Assembly (NCBI GenBank): GCA_051294905.1
Contig: CM119372.1
Span: forward strand, 2,792,001-2,856,000
DNA: 64,000 nt
Direction of reading: 5' to 3'
Origin: Botryllus schlosseri
Taxonomy: Eukaryota
A program made the position numbers and the translations under genes. Below are positions 63,929-64,000 of the stretch, in pieces (the first letter of the stretch is position 1; the number at the start of each line of letters is the position of its first letter). The notes under the pieces are model-generated. The model had not been told where the DNA came from. It searched no databases and saw only the letters and a list, made by a program, of their open reading frames with translations.

Positions 63929-64000
63929 TCAGGGGTGGGCATACGGGTATACGGGCTCAGGTATTTGATTATATAGTGAGGACATGCAGATAATATGTAT
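63929..64000. mobile_element. Start of a third (internally deleted) copy of the composite hAT family
   Basis: CAGGGGTGGGCA followed by TTTGATTATATAGTGAGGACATGCAGATAATAT, which is the empty Penelope site. Confidence 0.65.

Overview
Eukaryotic, intron-rich, transposon-dense animal DNA. An invertebrate chordate such as an ascidian is plausible, but this is inference only. Nearly all short ORFs in the supplied track are artefacts; the real genes are spliced. On the minus strand is a tandem cluster of three paralogous orphan class-A (rhodopsin-like) GPCR genes with matching exon sizes. Two are complete 9-exon genes (8144-14935, 343 aa; 22433-36110, 348 aa). The third is represented by its first three exons (4254-5101). 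On the plus strand, six exons (50713-63863) encode a divergent atlastin/GBP-family large GTPase that runs off the window. Introns and intergenic DNA carry many hAT MITEs with 8-bp TSDs, two degraded Chapaev3-type elements with 3-bp TSDs, a CR1-like LINE fragment and tRNA-derived SINE copies. A 5'-truncated Penelope-like element (RT thumb plus GIY-YIG) has a minimal hammerhead-ribozyme motif in its 3' end. The most notable observations are: a hybrid exon created by intragenic tandem duplication in the third GPCR, an R3.50-to-H (DRY to YHV) change in an otherwise intact GPCR, the variant-core hammerhead, and multi-level TE nesting whose order can be read from the sequence.
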